Assembly: GCA_050953065.1 (NCBI GenBank) | Contig: JBMNLZ010000002.1 | Span: 575,748 to 639,747, forward strand | Source of the DNA: Bacilli bacterium | GTDB lineage: Bacteria > Bacillota_I > Bacilli_A > ML615J-28 > CAG-698 | Length of the DNA stretch: 64,000 nt | Direction: 5' to 3' | Shown: positions 53,395-63,817 of the stretch, piece by piece | Layout: the number at the start of each line of letters is the position of its first letter | How positions within the stretch are numbered: the stretch's first letter is position 1 | Made by a program: the position numbers and the translations under genes | The notes under the pieces: generated by a model | What the model was told of the DNA's origin: nothing | Seen by the model: only the letters and a program-made list of their open reading frames with translations | The model's database searches: none

Positions 53395-54399
53395 ATGATA
53401 AAAATAGCAATTGATGCAATGGGGGGAGACTATGCTCCAAGAGAAACAGTCAAAGGCGTTAATATGGCAGTTGAAATGTTTGATGATATTGAAATAATAC
53501 TTTTTGGGGATGAAAAAGAAATAAAAAAATATTTAATTCAAAATGATAGAGTTTCAATTGTCCATACACTTCAAAAAATTGATATGGGTGTAGAAAATGC
53601 TATTTCTGAGGTTAGATCTAATAAAGAAACTTCAATGGTTTTAGCATTTAGAGCCATAAAAGATGGTCTTGCTCAAGGATTAGTTTCTGCAGGTCCAACT
53701 CAAGCCATGATAGCAGCTTCGCATTTATATTTAAAGAGAATAAAAGGAATGGGGAGAGTAGCCCTTTGTCCTAGTTTCCCAAATATTGGTGGAAAAGAAC
53801 GATTATTATTAGATGTTGGTGCTAATGTGGAATTAAGAAGTGAGCATATTGTCCAATTTGCGGAGTTTGCAAGTATCTATGCAAAAGAAACAATGGGACG
53901 TGAAAAGCCTTTGGTGGGATTATTAAACATTGGGACTGAACCCGGCAAAGGAAGAGATTTAGAAAAGGAAGTTTTTGATTTACTTAAAAAAGATAAAAAC
54001 ATTAACTTTTATGGTAATGTTGAACCAAAAGAGATTTTCACAAGTGATTGTGATATTTATGTTACTGATGGATTTACTGGTAATATGGTTTTAAAAACTA
54101 TAGAAGGTGTAACTAAATCTATTGGTAATATTTTAAAAGAAGAAATTAGTAAGAGTGTTAAAAGTAAAATTGGATATTTTCTAATGAAAGAAGTTTTCAA
54201 TAATTTTAAAAAAAGTATGTCTGCTGATGAGGTTGGTGGAGCTAATGTTTTAGGAGTGCAAGGTGTTGTTGTTAAAGCACATGGTTCTAGTACTGCATAT
54301 GCATTTGCTCAAGCAATTGGTCAAGCAAGAAGGACTATAGAAGCAGATATTATTGCTAAGATGGAAAAACTAATTGATAGTAGTGGTAAAAATGACTAA
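53395..54399 (+). CDS. plsX: Phosphate acyltransferase PlsX
   Basis: IAIDAMGGD, LDVGAN, LLNIGTE..KG, DGFTGN, KAHGSS. Confidence 0.96.
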   Translation: MIKIAIDAMGGDYAPRETVKGVNMAVEMFDDIEIILFGDEKEIKKYLIQNDRVSIVHTLQKIDMGVENAISEVRSNKETSMVLAFRAIKDGLAQGLVSAGPTQAMIAASHLYLKRIKGMGRVALCPSFPNIGGKERLLLDVGANVELRSEHIVQFAEFASIYAKETMGREKPLVGLLNIGTEPGKGRDLEKEVFDLLKKDKNINFYGNVEPKEIFTSDCDIYVTDGFTGNMVLKTIEGVTKSIGNILKEEISKSVKSKIGYFLMKEVFNNFKKSMSADEVGGANVLGVQGVVVKAHGSSTAYAFAQAIGQARRTIEADIIAKMEKLIDSSGKND

Positions 54400-55081
54400 A
54401 AAAGAGTTTACAGAAAAGTTTAAAAAAATTGCTAAGAAGCTACAAATACCTTATAAAGACATTGATATTTATTATGTAGCTTGTACCCATGCTTCTTTTG
54501 CTAATGAAAATGATGTTTCAAATAATGAAAGAATTGAATTTTTGGGGGACTCTATTTTAGGCTTTTATATCGCAGAATTATTGTATAATATGTTTCCTAA
54601 TATGCCTGAAGGTGAGATGACTAAAAATAGATTTAATTATGTTTGTACTCAAGCAAATGCAAAATATGCATTAGAAATAGGTTTAAATGAATGTTTAATG
54701 TTAGGTAAAGGTGAAACTGATCAAGGTGGAACTAACAAACAAAATTTATTAGCTGACGTTTTTGAAGCTTTCTTAGGTGCGATATTTTTAGATTTAGGAA
54801 TTGTATTTGTAAAAAAAGTTTTAGATAAAATTATACTACCTAAAGTAGGTAAAAAAAGTTTTTTTGAAGATTATAAAAGTAAATTGCAAGAATATATTCA
54901 ATCTTCTAGTAGAATAGCTGTTAAATATGAACTTGTTTCTGAGTCAGGACCAAGTCATAATAAAAAATTTGTTATCTCTGTGTTTCATAATGGTATTAAG
55001 TTAGGAACAGGAGAAGGAGCGAGTAAAAAAGAAGCTGAACAAATGGCTGCTAAAGATGCATTAGACAAACTTGCAAAATAA
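54392..55081 (+). CDS. rnc: Ribonuclease III
   Basis: NERIEFLGD, ADVFEAFLGA, dsRBD DYKSKLQE..KKEAEQ.AA. Confidence 0.96.
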   Translation: MTKKEFTEKFKKIAKKLQIPYKDIDIYYVACTHASFANENDVSNNERIEFLGDSILGFYIAELLYNMFPNMPEGEMTKNRFNYVCTQANAKYALEIGLNECLMLGKGETDQGGTNKQNLLADVFEAFLGAIFLDLGIVFVKKVLDKIILPKVGKKSFFEDYKSKLQEYIQSSSRIAVKYELVSESGPSHNKKFVISVFHNGIKLGTGEGASKKEAEQMAAKDALDKLAK

Positions 55082-55102
55082 AGATTATAAAAAAGAGGGA
55101 TT

Positions 55103-55726
55103 ATGAATCAGTATCAAGAAATGTTAGAAAAAGGAATAATAGGATTTGAAAGACTACTACTTGAAACTTACTATTTACTAGAGATTACAGAAGTTGATGT
55201 TATTATATTAATTAAATTAAATGATTATCTTAAAAAAAGAAAAAATGTTTTAATTTTAAATGATATAATAAGCACAATGAGCATAAAAGAAGAGACTTTT
55301 TCAAAAAGAGTTGCATTTTTAGTTTCAAAAGGGTTTGTTAATTTGGAATTAGATGAAGATAATAATGAAACTTTTTCTTTAAAAGGTTTATATTCTAGAC
55401 TTGCAATTATCCTTGAAAACGGTAAAGATGATTCAAATAAAAAAACTTCTGATTCAGAAATGTATAATATTATTAATACTCTTGAGAAAGAATCAAAAAC
55501 AATTCTTTCTCCAATAGAATTAGAAATAGTATCAAAATGGTTTTTCGAATATAAGTATTCTTTTGATTTAATTGAAAGTATGGTTTTAAAAGCTTTGAAA
55601 GATAAAAGAGCAAATGTAAGATATATTGATAAACTTCTAGCAAAAAGCGATAAAAAGATAGAAAAGATATCTGGTATTGAAAATCCAAATATTCAAGAGT
55701 TATTTAATAAAGTATATGATAAATAA
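55103..55726 (+). CDS. dnaD: DnaD-like replication protein
   Basis: Winged-helix N-terminus, LSPIELE..KW, YIDKLL; precedes nth as in Bacillus. Confidence 0.8.
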   Translation: MNQYQEMLEKGIIGFERLLLETYYLLEITEVDVIILIKLNDYLKKRKNVLILNDIISTMSIKEETFSKRVAFLVSKGFVNLELDEDNNETFSLKGLYSRLAIILENGKDDSNKKTSDSEMYNIINTLEKESKTILSPIELEIVSKWFFEYKYSFDLIESMVLKALKDKRANVRYIDKLLAKSDKKIEKISGIENPNIQELFNKVYDK

Positions 55727-56342
55727 AGATTTTTTATATGAGACACTTTCTAAAATGTTTCCTGATGCTAGATGTGAACTAAACTATGATAATATTTTTC
55801 AACTATTAATTGCAGTTATCTTATCTGCTCAAACTACTGATATTGCAGTAAATAAAGTAACCGAAAAGTTATTTTCTGAATATGCAACACCTGCTAAACT
55901 TGCGCAGGCAAAAGAAGAAGATGTAGTTAATATTATCAAGACAATTGGTCTTGCTAAAACAAAAGCAAAAAATATTGTTAAATTAAGTAAAATCTTAATT
56001 AAAGATTATGATAGTAAAGTACCATCTAATTTTGATGAATTAGTAAAACTTCCAGGTGTTGGAAGAAAAACTGCAAATGTTTTGATGAGTGAAGGGTTTA
56101 AAAAACCTAGTATTGCAGTTGATACACATGTTTTAAGGGTTTCAAATAGGTTAGGAATTGCTAAAAGCAATAATCCTGATGTTGTTGAAGAACGTTTAAA
56201 AATGTTTTTTGAAGAAGAAAAATGGAGTATGGTTCATTTATATTTTATATTTTTTGGAAGATATCACTGTAAAGCAAGAAACCCAAATTGTAAAACTTGT
56301 CCTTTTTTTGAGGATTGTGTTTATGATAATAAGTATAATTAA
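55716..56342 (+). CDS. nth: Endonuclease III
   Basis: ILSAQTTD, LPGVGRKTANV, AVDTHV, C-X6-C-X2-C-X5-C. Confidence 0.96.
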   Translation: MINKDFLYETLSKMFPDARCELNYDNIFQLLIAVILSAQTTDIAVNKVTEKLFSEYATPAKLAQAKEEDVVNIIKTIGLAKTKAKNIVKLSKILIKDYDSKVPSNFDELVKLPGVGRKTANVLMSEGFKKPSIAVDTHVLRVSNRLGIAKSNNPDVVEERLKMFFEEEKWSMVHLYFIFFGRYHCKARNPNCKTCPFFEDCVYDNKYN

Positions 56343-56348
56343 CAATAA

Positions 56349-56415
56349 AAAAGTACCTAATGCTTTAAATATGGTAAGCAAACCATATATGTATTTGAAA
56401 GCATTGGGTACTTTT
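56349..56415. terminator. Long imperfect hairpin between convergent nth and rqcH
   Basis: AAAAGTACCTAATGCTTT / AAAGCATTGGGTACTTTT with an additional inner stem. Confidence 0.7.
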
Positions 56416-57988
56416 ATTTTGTTAGTTTTTTTATTTTTTGATAATCAGGTGTTACATAAACTGTTTTATGCTTAGAGTATGTAACAAAAGAACCTTTTGT
56501 TCCTGGGACTCTTTTAACGTTTTTAACTTCAGTGTAATCAACAGCCACATTTTCTGAGTTTGAGATACTCGAATAATAAGAAGCAAGTAAAGCTGCTAAA
56601 AGAATAGAATTTTCATTTAATATGCCTTTTAGGATTACATGGCTACCACTATAGTTTTGAACATGGAAAAAATAGTCATTTTTGTTAGCAATTTTACTTG
56701 ATAAATAGTCATTTTGAAGATTGTTTTTTCCTACATAGTATTTATTTTCAAAATCATCAACAAAAATCGTAATATTAGGTTTAAGTGATTTTTTAGACTT
56801 TTTGTTTGAAGAATTTACTAGATTAAGTTCTAAAAGTATTTCTTTTAAATCGTTTGATTTTGCATAATCTATTTGAGATAAAATTTCTTCAAAATAAGTA
56901 ATTCGTTTTTTAGCATCTTTGATTTGATTTAATAAAATTGGAATCGTTCTTTTAGCTTTTTTGTATTTTTTGAAATACTTTTCAGCATTTTGTTTAACAG
57001 AAATACTTTGGTCTAGCTTTATTTCTATTTTTTCATTAGTATAATAATCTAATAAGATAGCTTTATCAGTGTACTCAGGTAAGTAATAAAGATTATTTAT
57101 AATTAAATTTCCAGTTTTTTCTAGTTCTAGATTTTTATAAGCTTCTTCTAATTCAGTTTCTTGTTTTAAAATTTTCTCTTTTATTTTCTTTATTTCTTTA
57201 TTTGAAAAGTTTTGAATTCTTTTATATTCATTGCTTTTAATTTCATCTTCAGTTGAGGTTTTAAAATAGTATTCTAACATACTAGAAATATCAGGAAAAC
57301 TTATTTTTTCACCGTTTAAATGTGTTAATTCAAAAACATGAAAATAAAGTTTTGAATCTTTTTTTATAATTGAGGGAGATATTTTAGAATAAATAAAATC
57401 CATATTTTTTCTAAAGAAAATTTCTTTTTTCAAAATAGTAGAAAATCCTTGATAGTCTTGATAAATATCAAGACACTTTGTAGGATAAGGATTAATTAAA
57501 GAAGTAGAAGTTGGAAATTCATAGTTTAATTTGGGTTGAATTATTCTTTGGTCTAAATTTTCTAAACTAGTTTTTTTATAAGAATCAATAATTTGGTTAT
57601 TTTCATTTAAAAGGATTAAATTATTATATCTTCCAAAAAACTCAAAAATTAGTTTTACTGGTTTTAAATAACCTAATTCATCTTTTCCAAGAAAATCCAT
57701 AATAGCGATTCTATCATTTTCAAATTGATGAATATTTGTTAGGACAGTTGATTCAAGATGTTTTTTTAAGGTGTTAGTAAAGTTATCAGCATTACTTGAT
57801 AGGTAAGTATTAGAATCAATCCTAAAATGAGAATTACTATTAAGGGTAATATATAAATTTAGATTGTTTTGAAACATAATAAAAAAATCATTATTATTTA
57901 TTTTAAAAAATGATTTTACTCTTTTATTTAATAGTTTATTTTTAATTTCAAGTATTAAAAATCTAATTAAAACGCCATCTATACTCAT
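56414..57988 (-). CDS. rqcH: Rqc2/RqcH (NFACT, FbpA-like) ribosome quality-control factor
   Basis: SIDG, NDRI, EFFGRYNN, NAEKYFKKYKKAK, GKNNLQND, FHV..SGSHV, VDYT; adjacent to gmk. Confidence 0.9.
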   Translation of the reverse strand: MSIDGVLIRFLILEIKNKLLNKRVKSFFKINNNDFFIMFQNNLNLYITLNSNSHFRIDSNTYLSSNADNFTNTLKKHLESTVLTNIHQFENDRIAIMDFLGKDELGYLKPVKLIFEFFGRYNNLILLNENNQIIDSYKKTSLENLDQRIIQPKLNYEFPTSTSLINPYPTKCLDIYQDYQGFSTILKKEIFFRKNMDFIYSKISPSIIKKDSKLYFHVFELTHLNGEKISFPDISSMLEYYFKTSTEDEIKSNEYKRIQNFSNKEIKKIKEKILKQETELEEAYKNLELEKTGNLIINNLYYLPEYTDKAILLDYYTNEKIEIKLDQSISVKQNAEKYFKKYKKAKRTIPILLNQIKDAKKRITYFEEILSQIDYAKSNDLKEILLELNLVNSSNKKSKKSLKPNITIFVDDFENKYYVGKNNLQNDYLSSKIANKNDYFFHVQNYSGSHVILKGILNENSILLAALLASYYSSISNSENVAVDYTEVKNVKRVPGTKGSFVTYSKHKTVYVTPDYQKIKKLTK

Positions 57989-58110
57989 ATATTTCACCTT
58001 TTATATTCTAACATTAATACTAAAAAAAGAAAATACTTTTATTTTTTAATAATTTGTAGTATAATGAGTGATATAATTAGAAAGGCAAGGTCATAACCTA
58101 TTGGTGTTTT

Positions 58111-58731
58111 ATGAAATTAAATGAGCGAGGAATTCTAGTAGTACTTTCTGGTCCATCTGGTGTTGGAAAAGGTACTGTTAGGTCAGCCCTATTTGCAATG
58201 GAAAATCATAATTTAATATACTCTATATCAGTTACAACAAGAAAACCAAGAGGAGAAGAAAAAGAAGGCGTTGACTATTATTTTGTTGATGAAAAGGAAT
58301 TTTTAAAAAGAGTTGAAGAAGGTAAGTTTTTAGAATATACAAAATTTGTTGGTAATTATTATGGAACCTTGCAAGAATCAATTGATAATAAACTAGCAGA
58401 AGGAAGCGAAGTTATTTTAGAAATTGAAGTAGAAGGCGCTTTACAAGTAAAAGAAAAAATGCCTGGAGCTGTATTTATTTTTATTGCTCCTCCTTCACTT
58501 AAAGTTTTAGAAAAAAGGTTGATTGAAAGAGGAACTGAAAGTAATTATGAATTACATGCAAGATTAGAAAAAGCAAAAAGCGAACTTAAACTTGCTTATT
58601 TATATGATTATATAGTAATTAATGATACTGTAGAAAATGCTGCAGATAAAATTCTTGCTATTATTCGTGCAGAACATGCAAAAACTGAAAGAACAATTAA
58701 TACATATTATAATATGTTGGAGGTGAAATAA
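58111..58731 (+). CDS. gmk: Guanylate kinase
   Basis: SGPSGVGKGT, TTRKPR, NYYGT, FIAPPS. Confidence 0.97.
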   Translation: MKLNERGILVVLSGPSGVGKGTVRSALFAMENHNLIYSISVTTRKPRGEEKEGVDYYFVDEKEFLKRVEEGKFLEYTKFVGNYYGTLQESIDNKLAEGSEVILEIEVEGALQVKEKMPGAVFIFIAPPSLKVLEKRLIERGTESNYELHARLEKAKSELKLAYLYDYIVINDTVENAADKILAIIRAEHAKTERTINTYYNMLEVK

Positions 58732-58955
58732 TGAGAAAAGACGGAATTAGATACCCATCTATAGATCAATTAGTAGATAAAGTTGGTTCTAAATATAAAC
58801 TTGTTATTGGTGCTGCAAAAAGATCTAAGGAATTAGCATCAGTTGATCCTGAAACAAATGAACCTACACTTCGTTTAGTAACTAAACCACGAAATGTTAA
58901 AAATTTAGGTATTGCTTTAGAAGAAATTTATGAAGGAAAAATAGTTATTAAATAA
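58731..58955 (+). CDS. rpoZ: RNA polymerase omega subunit
   Basis: YPSIDQL..KVGSKYKLV..AAKR..ALEEI; follows gmk. Confidence 0.93.
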   Translation: MRKDGIRYPSIDQLVDKVGSKYKLVIGAAKRSKELASVDPETNEPTLRLVTKPRNVKNLGIALEEIYEGKIVIK

Positions 58956-58984
58956 ATAATGGTGACAAAATCACCATTATTTTT
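58954..58984 (+). terminator. Intrinsic terminator
   Basis: AAATAATGGTGA / TCACCATTATTT. Confidence 0.8.
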
Positions 58985-59051
58985 AAATTTTATTTTATTT
59001 TTTAATTTTTTTTGCTAATATATATATGAGAAGTATTTAGGAGGTGATTAG

Positions 59052-61343
59052 ATGTATGCGAAGATTATTGTAGATATACCTACCTCAATAATGAATGAAG
59101 AATTTGATTATATAATTCCAGAACATTTTGAAAAGTTTATAGATATTGGAAGTAGAGTTTTAGTTGCTTTTGGGCATCAAGAGACTATGGGATTTGTAGT
59201 AGCCATAAATGATACGACTGATTATAAGGGTGAATTAAAAGAAATTTTAGATGTTTTGGATTTAGATGCATCTTTAACAAAAGAACAACTTGAACTGGCT
59301 AAAAAGATGAGTTTTGAACTTAATGTTAGTGTAGCAATTTGTCTTAATATGATGTTACCAGCTTTTTTGAAAGGTAAATATAAAAGATATATTAGAGTAA
59401 TTAATGAAAAACAAGTTGATGAAAAACTGATTGAAGCATTTAATACAAAGTCTAAAGTCTTAGTTACAAAAGATTTAATGAAAGAATTTCCTAATATTAA
59501 AGATGAAGTAAAAAAGGGAAATATTAGTTTTGAGTATGAAACTCAACAATATAAAGGTAGACCAAGACAAAAACGTTTTAATATTTCTCCTCAACATAGT
59601 TCATTAGTTCAATTAAGTCCTAAAAAAACTGAATGTCTGAATTATTTAAAATTACATAAAGATGCACTCTTAGAAGAAATTTGTGATTATGCTAACTGTA
59701 GTGCTGATTTAGTTTTAAAATTAGAAAAAGATGGTCTTATTACAAGTTTTACAAAAGAAGAAGAAACGCTTGAAAAATCTCAGATTGAAATAAGTTATGA
59801 CTTTAATCAAAGTCAATTAAAAAGCAAATGGGAAAGAGTTGAAAATAAGCCAACTTTACTTTTTACTAACGATAATGAATTTAGACTTGATTTTTGTTTA
59901 GATATTTGTCAGGAGAAAATTAAAAAAAATAAAAGAACAATGTTTATTGTTCCTACTATTCTTGCTTGTGAGGAGTTAGAAATCTTTTTAAAAGCAAGGT
60001 TAAAGGGCTATAGGATAGTTTCTTTTAATAGTTCTATTCCTAAAAAAGAGTTTTATGATAATTATATTGATTTAAAAAATGATTTGGTTGACATTGTTAT
60101 TGCTACAAGAGTTGGAATATTTTTCCCAATTAATAATTTAGGTTTAATTGTTATGCTTAACGAAGAAGAAGGAAACTATATAAATGACTATGCACCAAAT
60201 TTTGATACTAAAAATATAATTGAGTTTAGGGCTGAATATAATAAGGCTAAGATTTTATATGTTACATCAACTCCTTTGGTTGAAACATATTATAAATCAG
60301 TGATGGGTAAATATACATTATTAGAATATCATAAAGAATTAGATAGTGATTATAAGATAATCAATATGAAAGATGAAATTCTTTCTAATAATAAAATTAT
60401 TTCAAGACAACTGTTAGATAAACTTAAGGAATGTTTATTATATAAAAAACAAGCTTTGCTTGTTTTAAATAATAAAGGCTATAGTTCACTACTTACTTGT
60501 AGAAGTTGTGGGAAAGTAGTAAGGTGTCCTAAATGTAATATTCCTTTAGTTTTATATAAAGAAAAAGGTCATGCACAATGTAGTTATTGTAATTACAAAG
60601 AAACAAATTATGAAAAATGTAGGCATTGTGATTCAGAAACTATTAATATCTTAGGCTTTGGTTTAGAACAAGTAAGAGAAAAACTAATCGAACAATTTCC
60701 ACAAGCAAGAATCTTACAAATTGATAGTGATAATTTAAAGGCATATGATGATATAAGAGAAGCTCTTTTAGCAATCGAAGAAGGAAATGTTGATTTTATA
60801 TTAGGTACTAATGTCCTTACAAAGATGTTAAAGAATAATAATATTCATGTTGTAGGTATTTTAAATGTTGATAATATCTTGAATATGAGTGATTATAACA
60901 GTTCTTTTTTAGTTTATAGTTTAATTGCAAATTGTGCTATTAGATATACAGGGGCTTTATATGTTCAAACAAGTTATGAAGATAATAAAATAATTAAAGA
61001 TAGTTGTTTAGCTGATTATAGTAATTTCTTCAATGAAGAGTTAAAAATAAGAAGAATGTTAAATTATCCTCCGTTTTCAGAATTAAATAGAATTTATATT
61101 AGAAGCGAATATAAAAAGATGTATATGTTTGCTAATAGTTTTAAGAAACGCTTCTTTGAATTAATTGAAGGAGAAAAAGATTGTTTAGGTCCAGTTTATG
61201 TAAATAGATATAAAAGTGTACAATTAATTTTAAAACATAATGATCCTGTTGGATTAAATAGTTTATATAAACAAATGTATCAAAGAAGTCTTGAATTAAA
61301 AGTAGATCTTGTTTTTGAAAAGAATCCAAAAGTATTTAGGTAG
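59052..61343 (+). CDS. priA: Primosomal protein N' with degenerate helicase motifs
   Basis: 3'-binding domain (FDY.IP, GSRV.V.FG), four CxxC, YPPFS; syntenic between rpoZ and fmt. Confidence 0.9.
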   Translation: MYAKIIVDIPTSIMNEEFDYIIPEHFEKFIDIGSRVLVAFGHQETMGFVVAINDTTDYKGELKEILDVLDLDASLTKEQLELAKKMSFELNVSVAICLNMMLPAFLKGKYKRYIRVINEKQVDEKLIEAFNTKSKVLVTKDLMKEFPNIKDEVKKGNISFEYETQQYKGRPRQKRFNISPQHSSLVQLSPKKTECLNYLKLHKDALLEEICDYANCSADLVLKLEKDGLITSFTKEEETLEKSQIEISYDFNQSQLKSKWERVENKPTLLFTNDNEFRLDFCLDICQEKIKKNKRTMFIVPTILACEELEIFLKARLKGYRIVSFNSSIPKKEFYDNYIDLKNDLVDIVIATRVGIFFPINNLGLIVMLNEEEGNYINDYAPNFDTKNIIEFRAEYNKAKILYVTSTPLVETYYKSVMGKYTLLEYHKELDSDYKIINMKDEILSNNKIISRQLLDKLKECLLYKKQALLVLNNKGYSSLLTCRSCGKVVRCPKCNIPLVLYKEKGHAQCSYCNYKETNYEKCRHCDSETINILGFGLEQVREKLIEQFPQARILQIDSDNLKAYDDIREALLAIEEGNVDFILGTNVLTKMLKNNNIHVVGILNVDNILNMSDYNSSFLVYSLIANCAIRYTGALYVQTSYEDNKIIKDSCLADYSNFFNEELKIRRMLNYPPFSELNRIYIRSEYKKMYMFANSFKKRFFELIEGEKDCLGPVYVNRYKSVQLILKHNDPVGLNSLYKQMYQRSLELKVDLVFEKNPKVFR

Positions 61344-61351
61344 GTGATAGT

Positions 61352-62283
61352 TTGAAAGTTATATTTATGGGAACACCTGATTTTGCAGTAAAGATTGTAG
61401 ATGAGGTTTCTTTAAAACATGATGTTGTTTTAGTCGTTACTCAACCAGATAAATTGGTCGGAAGAAAAAAGAATTAACCCCATCAGCTGTTAAAAGGTGG
61501 GCTCTTGATAAAAATATACCTATTTTTCAACCTGATAACATAAAAATAGATTTTGATGTTATTTTGAATCAAGAATGTGATATAATTATAACTGCAGCAT
61601 ACGGTCAAATTGTTCCAGATATTGTTTTAAATCATCCAAAATATAAAGCAATTAATGTTCATGCATCGCTTTTACCAAAATATAGAGGCGGAGCTCCTAT
61701 TCAAAAAGCTTTATTAAATGGTGATAAAGAAACAGGAATTAGTATAATTTATATGACAAGTAAGATGGATGCTGGTGATATCATAATGCAAAAGTCTTTA
61801 ATTATTGAAGAAAGTGATTATCAAGATGATTTGTTTGATAAATTAGGTATTTTAGGTGCTTCAATGATTAATAAATGTTTAGAAGAAATTGAAAAAAATT
61901 TAATTAAACCAGTTATTCAAGATGAAGCTAAAGTAACTTATGCTCCAAATATAAAAAAAGAAGATGAGAAAATTGATTTTAATAAAACTGCTTTTAAAAT
62001 AAAATGTCAAGTTAGAGCTTTAAATCCTAATCCTGGATGTTATTTTGAAATTGATGATAAAAAAATTAAAGTTCATAAAGTTAATGTGATAGATAGTAAA
62101 GTAGAAGGAAAAGTTGGTCAAATAATAAATGTAGGAAAAGATTCTTTTTCAATAATATGTGGAGATAAAAGTCTTTTAGAAATCTTGGAATTACAATTAG
62201 AAGGCAAAAAGAAAATGACCACTCGTGATTTTTTAAACGGAGTTGGTAGAAATATAGTTTTTGAAAATAAAAAAATTTATTAA
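61352..62283 (+). pseudogene. fmt: Methionyl-tRNA formyltransferase, split by a -1 frameshift at 61465-61471
   Basis: TTG 61352 gives [25 protein letters not shown]; the -1 frame continues [35 protein letters not shown]. Identity is secure; pseudogene status is not. Confidence 0.75.
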
Positions 62284-62298
62284 TAGGAGATTAAAGAT

Positions 62299-62841
62299 AT
62301 GAAAAGAATTTATTTTTCAAGAGAGGAAATGTATAAGTTAAACGTTGAAAGATTAAATGAAAGAGGGGTTCAAATTGAAGATATTGCTTCAATTGCCTAT
62401 AAACAACAAAGTCGATATAATCCAAAAACTACTTTTGAGTTATGTTTAGAAAGTGTAAAAAAGACTTTATCTTATAGAGATATCTTTCATATTGTTCAAT
62501 TGAGTGTTGAAATAGATCGATTAACTGAACAAGGTGGAGTTTTTAGAGAACCAATTCAAAGCATTATGGAAAGTGATTTAGGGATGTTTGGAATTGATGA
62601 GATTTTGGGTTTAAGTATTGCTGCTAATTATGGAGTAATTGGTCAGACTAATTTTGGTGATATTGATGTCAATAAACCAGGTATCGTAGGTATTTTAAAT
62701 GATGTAGGTAAGACTGATTCTAAAAAATGTCATACTTTTTTAGATGATGTTGTTGGAGCAATTGCGGCAGCTGCATCTACTAGAGTTGCTCAAATAATAA
62801 GTGAAGAAGAAGCAACAAAGAAGGTTAATGATGGAAAATAA
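62299..62841 (+). CDS. Phosphatidylglycerophosphatase A family (YutG-like)
   Basis: ERGV.IEDIA, FGIDEILG, YG.IG.TNFG..D..KPGI, HTFLDDVVGAIAAAA. Confidence 0.88.
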   Translation: MKRIYFSREEMYKLNVERLNERGVQIEDIASIAYKQQSRYNPKTTFELCLESVKKTLSYRDIFHIVQLSVEIDRLTEQGGVFREPIQSIMESDLGMFGIDEILGLSIAANYGVIGQTNFGDIDVNKPGIVGILNDVGKTDSKKCHTFLDDVVGAIAAAASTRVAQIISEEEATKKVNDGK

Positions 62842-63456
62842 ATTAACGGTTGGTAATTTATTAGATCAATATGGTAGGTTAGTTGAAAAAGGATATTCTA
62901 ATAAATTAGTAAAACATTATGAAAGAGCTAGAATAAAGGCTAGAAAAAACAAAATTAAAGAAACAAATTTTTATTTTTTTGGTAATTCTGAATATGGTTT
63001 TTTTATTGAAATAACGGATAATTGGCTTTATAAATTAGCTGAAGTTGGTTTTTATGATTTAAAAAGAGGTTTTCAATATTCTAAATCGTATTATAAGTTA
63101 TTTTCAAAAAAAGATTTCTTTATCTCTGAAAGTGATAATTCTTTAGAAAATTATTTTAAGAACAATAAAATTCTAATAAGTATTAAAAACTTTGAAAATT
63201 ATAAAAAAATTTATGTTGTGGCTGAAAAGTTTGATGGTAAAAATGATTTTGCTTGTGATTTAAAAGCATTTAATGAATCTTCAAATGCAATTGTTGTTTC
63301 ATGTTCGTTAGATGATGAAAAAGAGTTTTGTTATTTCCAAAAAAGTTTAAATTATAAGTTAGAAGGCTTTTTAAGGATTGAAAACCAAATATATGATGTG
63401 GCTCCTTTAGAGACTTCTTTTAAATGGAGTAGAGCTGTAATGCCTTATATTAATAT
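62828..63456 (+). CDS. DUF2804-like protein, truncated at the junction
   Basis: LLDQYGRLVEKGYS..RIK..KE, FCYFQK, WSRAVMPY recall DUF2804; composition changes after 63457. Confidence 0.5.
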
Positions 63457-63622
63457 GATCCTAACTCATGGGGGGCCATTCAAGGATGTGGATACTGCAT
63501 CATATTCCGTTCAATACTCCGCCGCCCATGGTTATGCCTCCGGTTCCAGCGGCGAAAGGATGCCCACGGAAAATGCGGTAATAGAAATTACCCGGCAATA
63601 TAAAGAGATCAGGTTAAAGTAA
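63457..63622 (+). CDS. C-terminal fragment of a PEP-hydrolase / TIM-barrel signal transduction family protein (foreign DNA)
   Basis: ILTHGGP..HGY..GSS.ERMPTE.A..E.T..YK resembles the family C-terminus (HGGP..GASSMERLPTE). Confidence 0.6.
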
Positions 63623-63685
63623 TTTGTAACTCCTGGCAAGCAAAACCTGATTAAGGTTCCAGATACGCAGCAATATGAAAAACTG

Positions 63686-63736
63686 GAAAACCCCGTGCAG
63701 AAGTATAGCCAAAAGTACCTTCATGGCGGGGTTTTT
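63686..63736. terminator. Hairpin between convergent genes in the higher-GC segment
   Basis: AAAACCCCG...CGGGGTTTT. Confidence 0.5.
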
Positions 63737-63817
63737 CTTTAGCAAATCCCGAGCCTTATCTCCCCCTTTGGACAGTCTGGGATTTCAGGAAAGGGAGTGA
63801 TAAGCCGGGCCAAACCT

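Noticed and set aside
62801-63622. Novel 273-aa fusion protein
   Set aside because: Spans the compositional junction at GATC 63457; probably artefactual
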